The notes: generated from the letters alone by a model not told the origin. Shown: positions 8,827 to 19,044, counted from the stretch's first letter. The stretch: 55,759 nucleotides of DNA from Sulfurovum sp. (GCA_045267865.1 JASFZJ010000045.1:1-55759); one strand, 5' to 3'. Made by a program: numbers and translations.

Positions 8827-9957
8827 TTACCAGTTAATCTCTGCTGTTAGCATAACTGCATCTTGGTCATTACCACTATCTTTATTATTTGTTTGTCCAC
8901 GGTAGTTTACAATGAACTCTACACTCTTATTATATTTATATGTAAGACCTGCTATTGCTGTTGTCTGTTCGCCATTTGTATTTGTATCTTTCTCAAAGCT
9001 ATCATATCTTCCGATAATATTCCAATCTTTCATAAATCTATACTCACCATTTACAGAGAAGCCTTTTCCTGCATATTTGGCATCAGCACTCTCTGTTGTA
9101 ACATATTGACCTGCCAATAGAAACTCTGGCTGATTATATACAGCGTGTACTCCATACCAATTCAAATCAGCATTTTTGTGCTTATTACTATCAGCATTCA
9201 TCTGTCCAAAAAATGATATATTGGCATAATGATTTTTCTTTTTGGCTTTATGAGTACCACCACCCAAGATATGACCTGTAAGTCTCCACTCAGCACTTAG
9301 ACCTTTTCCATCCTCTTCACCATGATAACCCTCACCATTAAATAGTCCTAGTTCAGATGAAAAATACTCTGTTTTGGTCTTAAAATTAAAACCAAGGTCA
9401 GCAGAGTTTGTAAGGTGAGCACCATTACTTGCCTCTACAAATACTTTGGAGATAGAACGATAATTCCAACCACCATGCTCTTCATTGTCAATCCACGGTC
9501 TATGAACTTGTCCTAGTTCTACACCTGTATATGGTAAGATTTCGTCTAAATATAGATAAGCATATTTGAGTCTAACTTCCCAACTATTCTCATCTTTTCC
9601 AGTAGTCTCACCTGTATTATGAAATGTATCTAGTGTAATTCTAAAGAAGTCTTTAGAATCTTCATTAAAATACCCTTTGATTTGAATATAGTTTCTTCTT
9701 GTCTCAAAAGCATTTTCTGTATCTCCACCCTTTTGAGTATCACTTACAAATCCTAAGTAGTGTTTACCACTAATTTTCAAAAGAGGTACTTTTGATTTTA
9801 CTTTTGTATATTTTTTACTTTCAAGTGCTTCAATCTTTTCAGTCATACTAGCCATCTCTTTTTTGAGTGAAGAGATTTGTGAGCTTGTACTAGCCATGGA
9901 TAGTGTTGTAAGAGTAGCAAATGCCACTGATGAGAGTAATGTTTTTTTCATTGTCAT
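8827..9957 (-). CDS. Outer-membrane beta-barrel porin (possibly phosphate-selective OprO/OprP-like)
   Basis: Signal peptide, N-terminal coiled coil, FETRRNY and RLKYAYL, amphipathic strands, C-terminal Trp. Confidence 0.75.
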   Translation of the reverse strand: MTMKKTLLSSVAFATLTTLSMASTSSQISSLKKEMASMTEKIEALESKKYTKVKSKVPLLKISGKHYLGFVSDTQKGGDTENAFETRRNYIQIKGYFNEDSKDFFRITLDTFHNTGETTGKDENSWEVRLKYAYLYLDEILPYTGVELGQVHRPWIDNEEHGGWNYRSISKVFVEASNGAHLTNSADLGFNFKTKTEYFSSELGLFNGEGYHGEEDGKGLSAEWRLTGHILGGGTHKAKKKNHYANISFFGQMNADSNKHKNADLNWYGVHAVYNQPEFLLAGQYVTTESADAKYAGKGFSVNGEYRFMKDWNIIGRYDSFEKDTNTNGEQTTAIAGLTYKYNKSVEFIVNYRGQTNNKDSGNDQDAVMLTAEINW

Positions 9958-9989
9958 TGTAAGAAAATCCTTTTATAAATATAAGAGAA

Positions 9990-10025
9990 ATTATAATATA
10001 ATTTGATTACAAAACGATTACAAAA
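9990..10025 (-). promoter_or_regulatory. -10 box plus pho-box-like direct repeat for the porin gene
   Basis: Minus-strand TTTTGTAATC repeated with an 11-bp period (10005-10025), 9 bp upstream of TATAAT (9990-9995). Confidence 0.55.
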
Positions 10026-10033
10026 GAGAAATA

Positions 10034-10564
10034 CTACTCATTACTATAAATATTATGTTTAGCACCTCTACTATCAAGATACTCTATCATCTTCTTTTGA
10101 CCTAATTTTTTGGCATAATCTTTGGGTGACATACCCGTTCTATCAGATACATTAATTTCAGCACCATTATCAAGTAATAACGCCATCATTTCAATATTGG
10201 AAAAACAAGATGCCAACATCACAGGAGTAATCCCACTTTTTCGTTTTGTAGTGTTGAGGTTAAATTTTTTCTCTATACAAAACTCTATCACATCAAGCCT
10301 CTTAAACTTAATTGCCATATCCAAAGCTGAAACTCCATCATTATCGGTCTCATAAATATCAACTCCATTTTCCAAAAATAGCTCAATCATATCTAAAGAG
10401 GCATATTTACGAATAGCATAAAAAAGAGGTGAAACTTCATCATAATCATCTAAATCATACTCCTCACCTATCAAAACAGGCGTATTCAAATCAATCCCAT
10501 CTTTTATAAGGTGCTTAATCTCTACCACTCCGTCTCTCTCTATAGCTTCTGATAAAATACTCAT
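10034..10564 (-). CDS. Ankyrin repeat protein
   Basis: SPLFYA, GVSALDMA, GITPVMLA and GMSPKDYA repeats. Confidence 0.9.
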   Translation of the reverse strand: MSILSEAIERDGVVEIKHLIKDGIDLNTPVLIGEEYDLDDYDEVSPLFYAIRKYASLDMIELFLENGVDIYETDNDGVSALDMAIKFKRLDVIEFCIEKKFNLNTTKRKSGITPVMLASCFSNIEMMALLLDNGAEINVSDRTGMSPKDYAKKLGQKKMIEYLDSRGAKHNIYSNE

Positions 10565-10750
10565 ACAAATCTCCTAAATTATTCTAACTAATGTTATGTT
10601 TTTTAACTATACTCAAATAAGATGAAGTTTGGGTTAAATTATTAATCTACTCCATAGCCTCAAAAGATTTGGTAAGATTATCTATAATCTATTTTAGATA
10701 TAATCTTATTCAAGGAGTTTATCATCAATTCATTTTATCTATTCGCATTT

Positions 10751-10996
10751 ATGTTTATAATACTTTTTGGCTCAATTTTTGTCTATATCTACTACCTCAA
10801 AGAGAAATCGGAGGAGTTAGACTCAATTAGAAGGGGATTTTGTCCCAAGTGTAGCCAAAAGAGTATAGAACTAACAGACCAACGCTCTTCAGGATGTTCA
10901 GGACCAAAGATACTCTCTTTTGAGTGTGTAGATTGTGGATATTCCAATAGTTTTGCTATAGATAGCAGTGGTTGTAGTGGCAATAGCTGTTCATAG
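10751..10996 (+). CDS. Membrane-anchored zinc-ribbon protein
   Basis: N-terminal TM, CPKC and CVDC. The start may lie slightly upstream. Confidence 0.7.
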   Translation: MFIILFGSIFVYIYYLKEKSEELDSIRRGFCPKCSQKSIELTDQRSSGCSGPKILSFECVDCGYSNSFAIDSSGCSGNSCS

Positions 10997-11048
10997 TGAT
11001 TGATGATAATTATCTCTTAATATTTATAATAAAAAAAGGATTAGTAAT

Positions 11049-11519
11049 ATGAACTTTAATACATCATCTGTGGATTTATCTATCACTCCTTATCAAGAGG
11101 GAGTAAATCCTCCTGTACTTAAACCAAATATAGAATTTTTAACAGATTTAGGAGAAGAGGGTATTCGTAAACTACTAGATAGAGCATATCTAGGACTATT
11201 AGAAAGTCCTATCAAAGATATATTTCCCCATGGTAGAAAAGAGATGAGCGAAGCAGGACAAATAACCGCTGATTTCTTTATCCAAATCTGTGGAGGAGAT
11301 GACTACTTCACCAAAAAGCGAGGAGCTCCACGAATGGTAGGAAGACATGCTTTCTTTATTATCACTCCATCTGCTAGAATTCATTGGCTAAGAGAGTTTC
11401 AAGATGCACTCAAACCTATTATAGATAATAATATAACGACTGATGCCAATATACAAAGCTTTTGGAACTATATAGATATATTCTCTATGTGGATGATAAA
11501 TACCAAAAATGATAAGTAG
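11049..11519 (+). CDS. Truncated hemoglobin-like globin
   Basis: LGEEGIRKL, FFIQICGG, GAPRMVGRHAFF (proximal His) and RIHWL. Confidence 0.85.
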   Translation: MNFNTSSVDLSITPYQEGVNPPVLKPNIEFLTDLGEEGIRKLLDRAYLGLLESPIKDIFPHGRKEMSEAGQITADFFIQICGGDDYFTKKRGAPRMVGRHAFFIITPSARIHWLREFQDALKPIIDNNITTDANIQSFWNYIDIFSMWMINTKNDK

Positions 11520-11543
11520 TATATAGAGAGTTTTAATATAGCC

Positions 11544-11588
11544 AAAGTCAAATAGAAGACCATAATATAATTTTATGGTCTTGACTTT
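11544..11588. terminator. Hairpin downstream of the globin gene
   Basis: AAAGTCAA..GACCATAA-loop-TTATGGTC-TTGACTTT. Confidence 0.45.
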
Positions 11589-11633
11589 TGTTTAAGCTAT
11601 TGTTATGGAGTGAATGTTAAATAATACCAAGTA

Positions 11634-11700
11634 TTTGTAGGTTTGGTATCACCAAACAAACTGACCATACTAGGCTGTTTGGCAGTGCCAAACCTACAAA
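11634..11700. repeat. REPIN-like inverted doublet of GTAG-type REPs
   Basis: TTTGTAG-GTTTGG TATCA CCAAAC ... GTTTGG CAGTG CCAAAC-CTACAAA. Confidence 0.75.
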
Positions 11701-11726
11701 AAATAGACTTTATTTATATTTTAGTC

Positions 11727-12197
11727 CTATGTAGTTGATATATTGGTCACATCAAACCAATATACCTCTTCCCTTATTAGAGTAGCTAATTTTCTATTTC
11801 TAAAGTGTTCATCTATATCAAACCAATCTTTGCCATAGCCATCTTTGTACTCATCTATAAATAGTGCATACCTATCTTCTCTCATCGCACTAATCTCATA
11901 AGTTACTTTGTCATATATTTTATCATTTTCTCTTATCTCTTCTCGTCTGAGTTCATTGACATTTATACTACCATACCTATCTTCTTTGGGCAGAGTCATA
12001 TTCATCTCTACATAAGCTCTCATAGATGATAATTTGTGTTCAAATAGTATTATTGATATATTATTTGTAGATGATATGATAGTAGCCCCATCAAGAGTAT
12101 CCCCCCAGCTACCAGATATATCTAGAGAGGTATCAAAAGCTGATTGGATTATCTCTTTTATCTCGTCTGTAGTTGTTAGTCGTTTAAAGTTTGGCAT
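11727..12197 (-). CDS. Hypothetical protein
   Basis: 156-aa ORF with a purine-rich RBS-like sequence. Confidence 0.7.
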   Translation of the reverse strand: MPNFKRLTTTDEIKEIIQSAFDTSLDISGSWGDTLDGATIISSTNNISIILFEHKLSSMRAYVEMNMTLPKEDRYGSINVNELRREEIRENDKIYDKVTYEISAMREDRYALFIDEYKDGYGKDWFDIDEHFRNRKLATLIREEVYWFDVTNISTT

Positions 12198-12332
12198 ATT
12201 TTCTCTCTTTTAAAAGTTGTTTTTAATCAGGATTTTTCTAATTGGATTATATCCAATAGTATCTAAAGTTTTGAGGCTATTTTTATCTATTATTGTGGTT
12301 AAATTCGTTATTATTTTACACAAGGATAAAAT

Positions 12333-12863
12333 ATGAAACAAATAATAGTGATAGTTATTATGGCAATAGCCTTAATAAGTTGTGCTGAAAATAGACCCAA
12401 TACCAAAAATAGTACAGAAGTATCAAGCCATACAAAGCATCTCACACTTATAGGTACATACACTTTGGATATAGAGAGTGGAAAATTAGGAGGTAGTGGT
12501 AAAAATATTGATTTTTGGTTAGAAAAGATTGATGCAAAAACAACTAATTTAATACCTAGAAATGGTGCAACAGTAGAGATAACAAAAAAGAGTTTTGCCT
12601 CTCTTGACAAAGCTTATATGAAACAGTTTCCCATATTTAGAGATGGTAAAGTAAGCAATAGCGACATCAAAGTTGGTACAGTAGTAATGTTCAAAACAGC
12701 AGAAGGTAATTATGGAAAGCTCCGTATCATAGGCTTCAAATCATCACATGATTTTGATTATAAAGAGGCAAAAGAGTATATAAATGATAGTTATAAGAAA
12801 TTTTCACTAAGCAGACCAGCTATCAAAAAGTATAGTGTAGTTATTGAGTATCTATTACTATAA
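12333..12863 (+). CDS. Hypothetical lipoprotein
   Basis: Signal peptide with lipobox LISC. FKTAEGNYGKLRI motif. Confidence 0.75.
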   Translation: MKQIIVIVIMAIALISCAENRPNTKNSTEVSSHTKHLTLIGTYTLDIESGKLGGSGKNIDFWLEKIDAKTTNLIPRNGATVEITKKSFASLDKAYMKQFPIFRDGKVSNSDIKVGTVVMFKTAEGNYGKLRIIGFKSSHDFDYKEAKEYINDSYKKFSLSRPAIKKYSVVIEYLLL

Positions 12864-12889
12864 GAATACTTTCCTAACTCAGTTTTATT

Positions 12890-12919
12890 TCGTTACGATG
12901 ATTTTCGTCGTAATGCATA
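12890..12919. repeat. 30-nt palindromic element (TCGTT-stem-AATGCATA family)
   Basis: TCGTTACGATGA-TTT-TCGTCGTAATGCATA; same architecture as 21510-21539. Confidence 0.6.
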
Positions 12920-12970
12920 CTTATATTTATGTTATAACTTGAGTATATTTTATAGACCAATCAAAATTTA

Positions 12971-13579
12971 CTACTTATCTCTATCGATACCTTCATGTAT
13001 TCTTGTAAAATGTATAGATAGCTTTATTAAAAAAATATAAAAACCATAATTTCCAAATGATATTAACTTTTTTCTATTATTTTCTTGGGCTAGATGAAAA
13101 AAATCATCTCGTTTACAATGTGAAGTTTTATCAAATAATGCAACACATTCCTCATCTAAATTTACACCTTTTGGTAAATAAAACATAGAAGTTATTTTTT
13201 GTTTTTTAATATCATTGATTATATTTAAAATTTGCTCTTGACTTTTATTATGAGTGTTCAATAATACTTCTAGTTTTTTCAAACTAATTATGGGTATATA
13301 TGATACCGATGGTGGTATATGTCTTTTATTATCAGGTTCAATATCACAACTATTTGATAAAACTAAAACCTTTGCTTTTTTAATTTCTGTATTAGGAAGC
13401 TGAATAAAAGGTATATTTTCAACAACATCAGATTGTATAATACCATTATCAAAATTTGTTATTGTTGCAAATATTTTATGATAATTATCAGGAAAATCTT
13501 TTAATTGTTGAAATAATTCTCTTTGATTTTTGTCAGATAAATATTTAGGTAAGTATTTTGATATATCATCTAAATTCAT
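12971..13579 (-). CDS. Hypothetical protein with PemK/MazF-like motif order
   Basis: IIQSDVV...VLVLSNSCDI...VSYIPI...FYLP...VALFD...KLISF plus a C-terminal helix. The fold is inferred. Confidence 0.6.
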   Translation of the reverse strand: MNLDDISKYLPKYLSDKNQRELFQQLKDFPDNYHKIFATITNFDNGIIQSDVVENIPFIQLPNTEIKKAKVLVLSNSCDIEPDNKRHIPPSVSYIPIISLKKLEVLLNTHNKSQEQILNIINDIKKQKITSMFYLPKGVNLDEECVALFDKTSHCKRDDFFHLAQENNRKKLISFGNYGFYIFLIKLSIHFTRIHEGIDRDK

Positions 13580-13585
13580 AATATA

Positions 13586-13879
13586 TTAACTTAATAAATC
13601 CATGATATTATCATCAATCAATTGAGAAATATCATTATCAAGAGGTTTACTATTTTTTAAAAGAGTATCTGCAAAATTTGCTAATATCATAAGATTTTCT
13701 ATATCTGTAGTTGTATCAAATGTATTAGTTGGAGAATAAGTATAATTTTGGTTAATTGTATAAAGTGTTTCACCTGATAATGAAATATTACTAATTTCAT
13801 TATTTGTTAAATCAGCATTTATAGCAAATACTGTTGCTATAGATAATGTAGTCGTTCCAATAAATGTTTTATAATTCAT
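13586..13879 (-). CDS. Small hypothetical protein (T/N-rich N-half, acidic helical C-terminus)
   Basis: 97-aa ORF packed 3 and 6 bp from its neighbours; GAAGGA RBS. Confidence 0.7.
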   Translation of the reverse strand: MNYKTFIGTTTLSIATVFAINADLTNNEISNISLSGETLYTINQNYTYSPTNTFDTTTDIENLMILANFADTLLKNSKPLDNDISQLIDDNIMDLLS

Positions 13880-13882
13880 AAT

Positions 13883-14638
13883 TTATCCTTCATACTCTGT
13901 AGTATAATAATTATCTATAAATTCTTTTTTAAGAATTGTAAAGAATTGGTTTTTATTAATAATATGACCATCAGATAAATATTTTTCATATTCACTTTTA
14001 AAATCATCATTAGGGTTATCAATATAAGAATCAATATCAATAATTGACCCAATTTTCTCAATACCATTGATATTAATACTCGCATTATTTGATATAACAA
14101 CATTATGCATAAAATCTTCTTTTTTAAAATTTCTAATTATTTGAATTTTTTCATTTAATGCTATATTGGAACTATTTTGCATGATATTAAACTCTGTATT
14201 TTCAAATATATTTGTATCAAAAAAATCTGTATATCTAATACCAAATCTAGTAATTTCTTGAATAATTGTACTCTGAAATATATCACTATAAATTTCTTCA
14301 ATTTCATTTTTGATATATTCTGTCCAACCAGGATATTCATTATCACTTTTATTAAATACTATAGCAAGAACTCCTGGACCTATTAAAACTTTTAAAAAAT
14401 TACTTTCAATATTAGATAGTTCATAATGTGGAGAGTTCATAAATTGAGGGTCTCTATCTCTAATATCACTTGGAACTTGTAAAATTGGTAATTTTTTTAA
14501 TTGAGAAAATTTTTGGTTAAGTAAAGGATATAAAGCACCAAACACTGCATCATTAGGTAAATTGGATATAAATTTTATTTCAACTACTGCTGAGATAATA
14601 GGGACAGGACTAAGTTTCACTGGAAAAGGCTCATTCAT
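13883..14638 (-). CDS. TIGR04255-family protein
   Basis: LSPVPIISAVVEIKF, YPGW, ITRFGIRYTDFF, IIDIDSY and H...KNQFF pattern. Confidence 0.75.
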   Translation of the reverse strand: MNEPFPVKLSPVPIISAVVEIKFISNLPNDAVFGALYPLLNQKFSQLKKLPILQVPSDIRDRDPQFMNSPHYELSNIESNFLKVLIGPGVLAIVFNKSDNEYPGWTEYIKNEIEEIYSDIFQSTIIQEITRFGIRYTDFFDTNIFENTEFNIMQNSSNIALNEKIQIIRNFKKEDFMHNVVISNNASININGIEKIGSIIDIDSYIDNPNDDFKSEYEKYLSDGHIINKNQFFTILKKEFIDNYYTTEYEG

Positions 14639-14759
14639 TTTTAAAATCCTTACTACTTTTATTAATTTAAATTATATCCAATATATTTTAATAAGAATTA
14701 AATTTTTGATTTTATTTTAGAATATTATATTAGAAAGATAAAAAATAACTCTTCTCTCC

Positions 14760-15368
14760 CTAAAACCGATACTTCAACCCAACAAACGCATTCCCATCAT
14801 TAAAATACAATAGTAGTGGAGTCTCTCTACTATGAGCCCAATATCCACTTATAAATCCTACAACTGCACCTGCTAGTACATCGCTTTGCCAGTGGGCTTG
14901 TGCTTTTACTCTGCCACCCATTTGGTGTATTGGTAATGCCCATAGTAGATGGATTAGAGGATAATCTTCTTGGTATTCTAATATAAATGGTGTTACCATC
15001 GCTGTCATTCCTGAGACATGTCCACTTGTAAAGCTTTTGCCACCTTCTCCCCAGTCGTTGGGTGAGTTGGTATTTCTAGGTCGGAGTCTGCCTGTGGTGA
15101 CTTTGAAGCCTTCTGTGATGATTTGTGACATCACTCCTGCGTCCATACTCTGCCATGCTGTTTTGCCTATTCTGCTCTCTGTGCCTTCATACGCTGACAT
15201 TAGTAGTATTCCTACTGCTGTATATTTGGGTATATCATAATGAGCACCCCAAAAACCTGAGTCGTCTAGGGCTACTTTGTGGTCAAAATCGTTGGAGAGT
15301 AGTGAGGAGGAGAGGAGGAGAAAGGAGAGAAAAAAGGATATAAAAATTGATTTTATACTCCTTTTCAC
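14760..15368 (-). CDS. PAP2-family phosphatase
   Basis: KVTTGRLRP, SFTSGH and RVKAQAHWQSDV motifs; signal peptide. Confidence 0.88.
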   Translation of the reverse strand: MKRSIKSIFISFFLSFLLLSSSLLSNDFDHKVALDDSGFWGAHYDIPKYTAVGILLMSAYEGTESRIGKTAWQSMDAGVMSQIITEGFKVTTGRLRPRNTNSPNDWGEGGKSFTSGHVSGMTAMVTPFILEYQEDYPLIHLLWALPIHQMGGRVKAQAHWQSDVLAGAVVGFISGYWAHSRETPLLLYFNDGNAFVGLKYRF

Positions 15369-15370
15369 GA

Positions 15371-16438
15371 TTATAATCCTGCTTCTTGTAGTGCTTCTGT
15401 TTGGGCGTGGGCTATAAGTGGGTCTATGACTAGTTTGAGATTACCATTTTGCATAATATCATCTAGTGCATATAGTGTAAGTCCTACTCTGTGGTCTGTT
15501 AGTCTATTTTGTGGGAAGTTATAAGTTCGTATCTTTTCAGAACGGTCACCTGAACCTACTTGTAGTTTTCTTTGGCTTGATGTCTCATCTAGCTGCTTTT
15601 GAAGTTCGGCTTCATATACTCTAGCTTTGAGGACTTTCATCGCTTTGTCTCTGTTTTTGTGTTGAGATTTTTCATCTTGTATCGCTGCGACTATTCCAGT
15701 AGGGATATGCGTTAGTCGTACAGCAGAGTCTGTGGTATTGACCGATTGTCCACCACATCCACTAGAACGATATACATCCATCTTTATCTCATTTGGCTTG
15801 ATATCTATCTCCACATCATCGACCTCTGGGATAACTGCTACTGTGATAGCCGATGTATGCACTCGTCCTTGTGTCTCTGTATCTGGGACTCTTTGGACTC
15901 TGTGCGTTCCTGCTTCGTATTTGAGCTGAGAATATACACCCTCACCTTTTATCTGAGCGATTAGCTCTTTGTATCCACCTGCTGTGCCGTCGTTGGTGCT
16001 TACAAGCTCTATCTTCCAACCTACCTGCTCGGCATATCGTGAATACATACGAAATACATCTGCTACAAACAATGCACTCTCATCTCCACCAGCTCCAGCT
16101 CTAAGCTCCAAAAAGATATTTTTATCATCATTTTTGTCTTTTGGTATCATTAGGATTTTAATCTCATCTTCAAGCATAGGAAGCATTGGCTCTAATTCAA
16201 TTAGCTCCTCTTTGGCGAGTTCTCCTAGTTCAGCATCACCCAAAAGCTCTCTATTCTCTTCTATAGCGTCGGCTGTTTGGATATATATATTGGCTTTTTC
16301 TACAAGAGTGGCTAGATTGGACTGTTCTTTACTTAGTTGAGTCATTCTTTTGATGTCACTAGCTATATCAGGAGCACTCAGTAAGAGACTTAGCTCATTG
16401 TATTTGTCTATAAATGGTTGAAGTTTTTCTTTGAACAT
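15371..16438 (-). CDS. prfA: Peptide chain release factor 1
   Basis: GGQ motif and PDT (PxT) specificity tripeptide. Confidence 0.97.
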   Translation of the reverse strand: MFKEKLQPFIDKYNELSLLLSAPDIASDIKRMTQLSKEQSNLATLVEKANIYIQTADAIEENRELLGDAELGELAKEELIELEPMLPMLEDEIKILMIPKDKNDDKNIFLELRAGAGGDESALFVADVFRMYSRYAEQVGWKIELVSTNDGTAGGYKELIAQIKGEGVYSQLKYEAGTHRVQRVPDTETQGRVHTSAITVAVIPEVDDVEIDIKPNEIKMDVYRSSGCGGQSVNTTDSAVRLTHIPTGIVAAIQDEKSQHKNRDKAMKVLKARVYEAELQKQLDETSSQRKLQVGSGDRSEKIRTYNFPQNRLTDHRVGLTLYALDDIMQNGNLKLVIDPLIAHAQTEALQEAGL

Positions 16439-16485
16439 AGGCGTTCTTTGTGTTAGATTGTTTGTGAGGGGTCTGTCGAGACTGC

Positions 16486-16755
16486 TTATGCAGCTTCGAT
16501 AGCGTTTACCATTTTATGAAGACGGCTTACTTTTCTAGCAGCTGTTGTTTTTTTGATGAAACCTTTGCTTACTAGTGAGTGGATTTGTTGGTTTGCTATT
16601 TTGAATGCACTTGTTGCATTCTCTTTGTTTTCTGAAGCTACTGCTTCGTGTACTGCTTTGATAATATTTTTAATTCTCGTTCTGTAGTATCTGTTTCTCT
16701 CTGTTCTTACAGCTGTTTGAAGAATTCTTTTTTTCGCCGATTTGTTGTTTGCCAT
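16486..16755 (-). CDS. rpsT: 30S ribosomal protein S20
   Basis: [11 protein letters not shown]...AARKVSRL. Confidence 0.97.
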   Translation of the reverse strand: MANNKSAKKRILQTAVRTERNRYYRTRIKNIIKAVHEAVASENKENATSAFKIANQQIHSLVSKGFIKKTTAARKVSRLHKMVNAIEAA

Positions 16756-17074
16756 TGTCTTTCCTTTTTATGTATGTTAGGTATTGTTGTTACTCGATAT
16801 GAAATATAGAGAAAATAATTGAAGAATATTAGCTAAAAAGATATTAAACGCTTATTAATTATATGTAATCCTAATGCTTAAATTATAAAGATTAACTGAT
16901 ACTATATATATTGCTTACCTTATATAGGGATAAAATTTGTATCAATCATTAGTAGAATGGAAGGAGTAAGAATAAATTAATTTTTTATTATCCTACCTCT
17001 CTTTTTAAATATAGCCCTAAAAAGCATAGTTTCAAAAGAATTTAAAAGAATTTTCACTCTTTTTTCAAAAACCC

Positions 17075-17103
17075 TTGACATTTATTTTTTTTTTGACTAT
17101 AAT
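17075..17103 (+). promoter_or_regulatory. Consensus sigma70 promoter for the tRNA-tuf operon
   Basis: TTGACA-17 bp-TATAAT. Confidence 0.85.
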
Positions 17104-17140
17104 TCTCGTCCATTTAAAGTGAATAATTTTTAATGTTGGT

Positions 17141-17217
17141 GCTGATGTAGCTCAGTTGGCTAGAGCAGCTGATTTGTAATCAGCAGGTCGGGGGTTCGAG
17201 TCCCTTCATCAGCTCCA
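17141..17217 (+). tRNA. tRNA-Thr(TGT)
   Basis: Cloverleaf, anticodon loop TTTGTAA, GTTCGA, CCA end. Confidence 0.97.
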
Positions 17218-17291
17218 TGAAGAAGAAAAATTGAGAAACGAAAAACTTTTATCAGTGTTTGACCAGAAAAAACATTAAGTATTATAATCAA

Positions 17292-17378
17292 GGTGAGTTA
17301 TTCAAGTGGTTCAAAGAATGCGGATTGTAAATCCGTCGGCATCTGCCTTCGAAGGTTCAAATCCTTCACTCATCACCA
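17292..17378 (+). tRNA. tRNA-Tyr(GTA)
   Basis: Cloverleaf with long variable arm, loop TTGTAAA, CCA end. Confidence 0.95.
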
Positions 17379-17405
17379 TATATAATACGATGTTACCATA
17401 AATTT

Positions 17406-17481
<76 letters not shown>

Positions 17482-17620
17482 CGATATGGTACAAACTGGG
17501 AGCTGTGTGAAATATTTATTTACAACACTTCACATTACTACTAAAACAACAAACACTAATAATAAAACATTACATACATAAAATTATAATTTTTTATAAT
17601 ATTATAGTCTTTATTTCTAT

Positions 17621-17695
<75 letters not shown>

Positions 17696-17806
17696 CAATC
17701 AACTATGGACAATAGTGTTACCAATTGGTAATAGTTTTGTCCATAATGATTAAGAACAATTGGGTATAATACTATCCTTTAAAATATTTTACGCTAGGAG
17801 AATAGC

Positions 17807-19015
17807 ATGGCTAAAGAAAAATTCGAACGAACAAAACCGCATGTAAATATCGGTACTATCGGTCACGTCGACCACGGGAAAACTACATTAACAGCTGCAA
17901 TCACAATGTGTTTGGGACTTAAAAATGGTCAAGCAACAATGGATTATGACCAAATTGATAACGCTCCTGAAGAGAGAGAAAGAGGTATCACAATTGCTAC
18001 TTCTCATGTAGAATATGAAACAGATGCTAGACATTATGCACATGTTGATTGTCCAGGACACGCCGATTATGTCAAAAATATGATTACTGGTGCTGCTCAA
18101 ATGGATGGAGCTATTCTTGTAATTGCTGCGACTGATGGACCAATGGCTCAAACTAGAGAGCATATTCTTCTCTCAAAGCAAGTAGGTGTTCCATATATTG
18201 TAATTTTCTTAAACAAAGAAGACCAACTTGATGATGAAGATAAAGAAGAGATGCTGGAGCTTGTAGAGATGGAAGTTCGTGAGCTTCTTACCGAATATGA
18301 ATTCCCAGGTGATGATACTCCTGTAATTGCTGGTTCTGCATTCAAAGCTCTTGAAGAAGCGAAATCTGGAACTGCTGGTGAGTGGGCTGATAAAGTTTAT
18401 GCACTTATGGATGCTGTTGATACTTATATTCCAGAGCCTGTAAGAGAGACTGAAAAAGATTTCCTAATGGCTATTGAAGATATCTTTACAATCCAAGGTC
18501 GTGGTACCGTTGTAACTGGTAAAATTGATAAAGGTACTGTATGTATTGGTAATGAGGTTGAAATCGTTGGTCTTAAAGATACTCAAAAAACAACTGTAAC
18601 AGGTGTTGAGATGTTCCGTAAAGAGATGGATTGTGGTCAAGCTGGTGATAACTGTGGTGTTCTTATCCGTGGTATCGATAAAGAAGCAGTACAAAGAGGT
18701 ATGGTTCTTTGTAAGCCAGGTTCAATTACTCCTCACACTAAATTTGAGGCAGAGGTTTATGTATTGACTAAAGAAGAAGGTGGTCGTCACACTCCATTCT
18801 TTAACAACTATAGACCACAATTTTATGTTCGTACAACAGATGTAACAGGTTCAGTTCAGCTTAAAGAAGGTACTGAGATGGTTATGCCTGGAGACAATGT
18901 AAAAGTTGATATTGAACTTATCGCTCCTGTAGCACTTGAAGATGGTACTAGATTTGCTATCCGTGAAGGTGGTAGAACTGTTGGTGCTGGTGTTGTTGCT
19001 AAGGTAATTGCATAA
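17807..19015 (+). CDS. tuf: Elongation factor Tu
   Basis: [13 protein letters not shown] and NKED motifs. Confidence 0.99.
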   Translation: MAKEKFERTKPHVNIGTIGHVDHGKTTLTAAITMCLGLKNGQATMDYDQIDNAPEERERGITIATSHVEYETDARHYAHVDCPGHADYVKNMITGAAQMDGAILVIAATDGPMAQTREHILLSKQVGVPYIVIFLNKEDQLDDEDKEEMLELVEMEVRELLTEYEFPGDDTPVIAGSAFKALEEAKSGTAGEWADKVYALMDAVDTYIPEPVRETEKDFLMAIEDIFTIQGRGTVVTGKIDKGTVCIGNEVEIVGLKDTQKTTVTGVEMFRKEMDCGQAGDNCGVLIRGIDKEAVQRGMVLCKPGSITPHTKFEAEVYVLTKEEGGRHTPFFNNYRPQFYVRTTDVTGSVQLKEGTEMVMPGDNVKVDIELIAPVALEDGTRFAIREGGRTVGAGVVAKVIA

Positions 19016-19024
19016 TAAAGCATC

Positions 19025-19044
19025 GTAAGAGCTTCGGTTCTTAC
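19025..19044 (+). other. C(UUCG)G tetraloop hairpin after tuf
   Basis: GTAAGAGC-TTCG-GTTCTTAC. Confidence 0.55.

Noticed and set aside
15297-15348. Long purine tract (GAGGAG-like)
   Set aside because: It is the antisense of the Leu/Ser/Phe codons in the PAP2 signal peptide, not an independent repeat.
17292-17378. tRNA-Tyr with a G-U pair in the acceptor stem and U32
   Set aside because: Within normal tRNA variation. The anticodon and CCA are intact, so it is not a suppressor or pseudo-tRNA.
17807-19015. Short acidic insertion after NKED in EF-Tu
   Set aside because: Likely a lineage-level indel; all GTPase motifs are intact.
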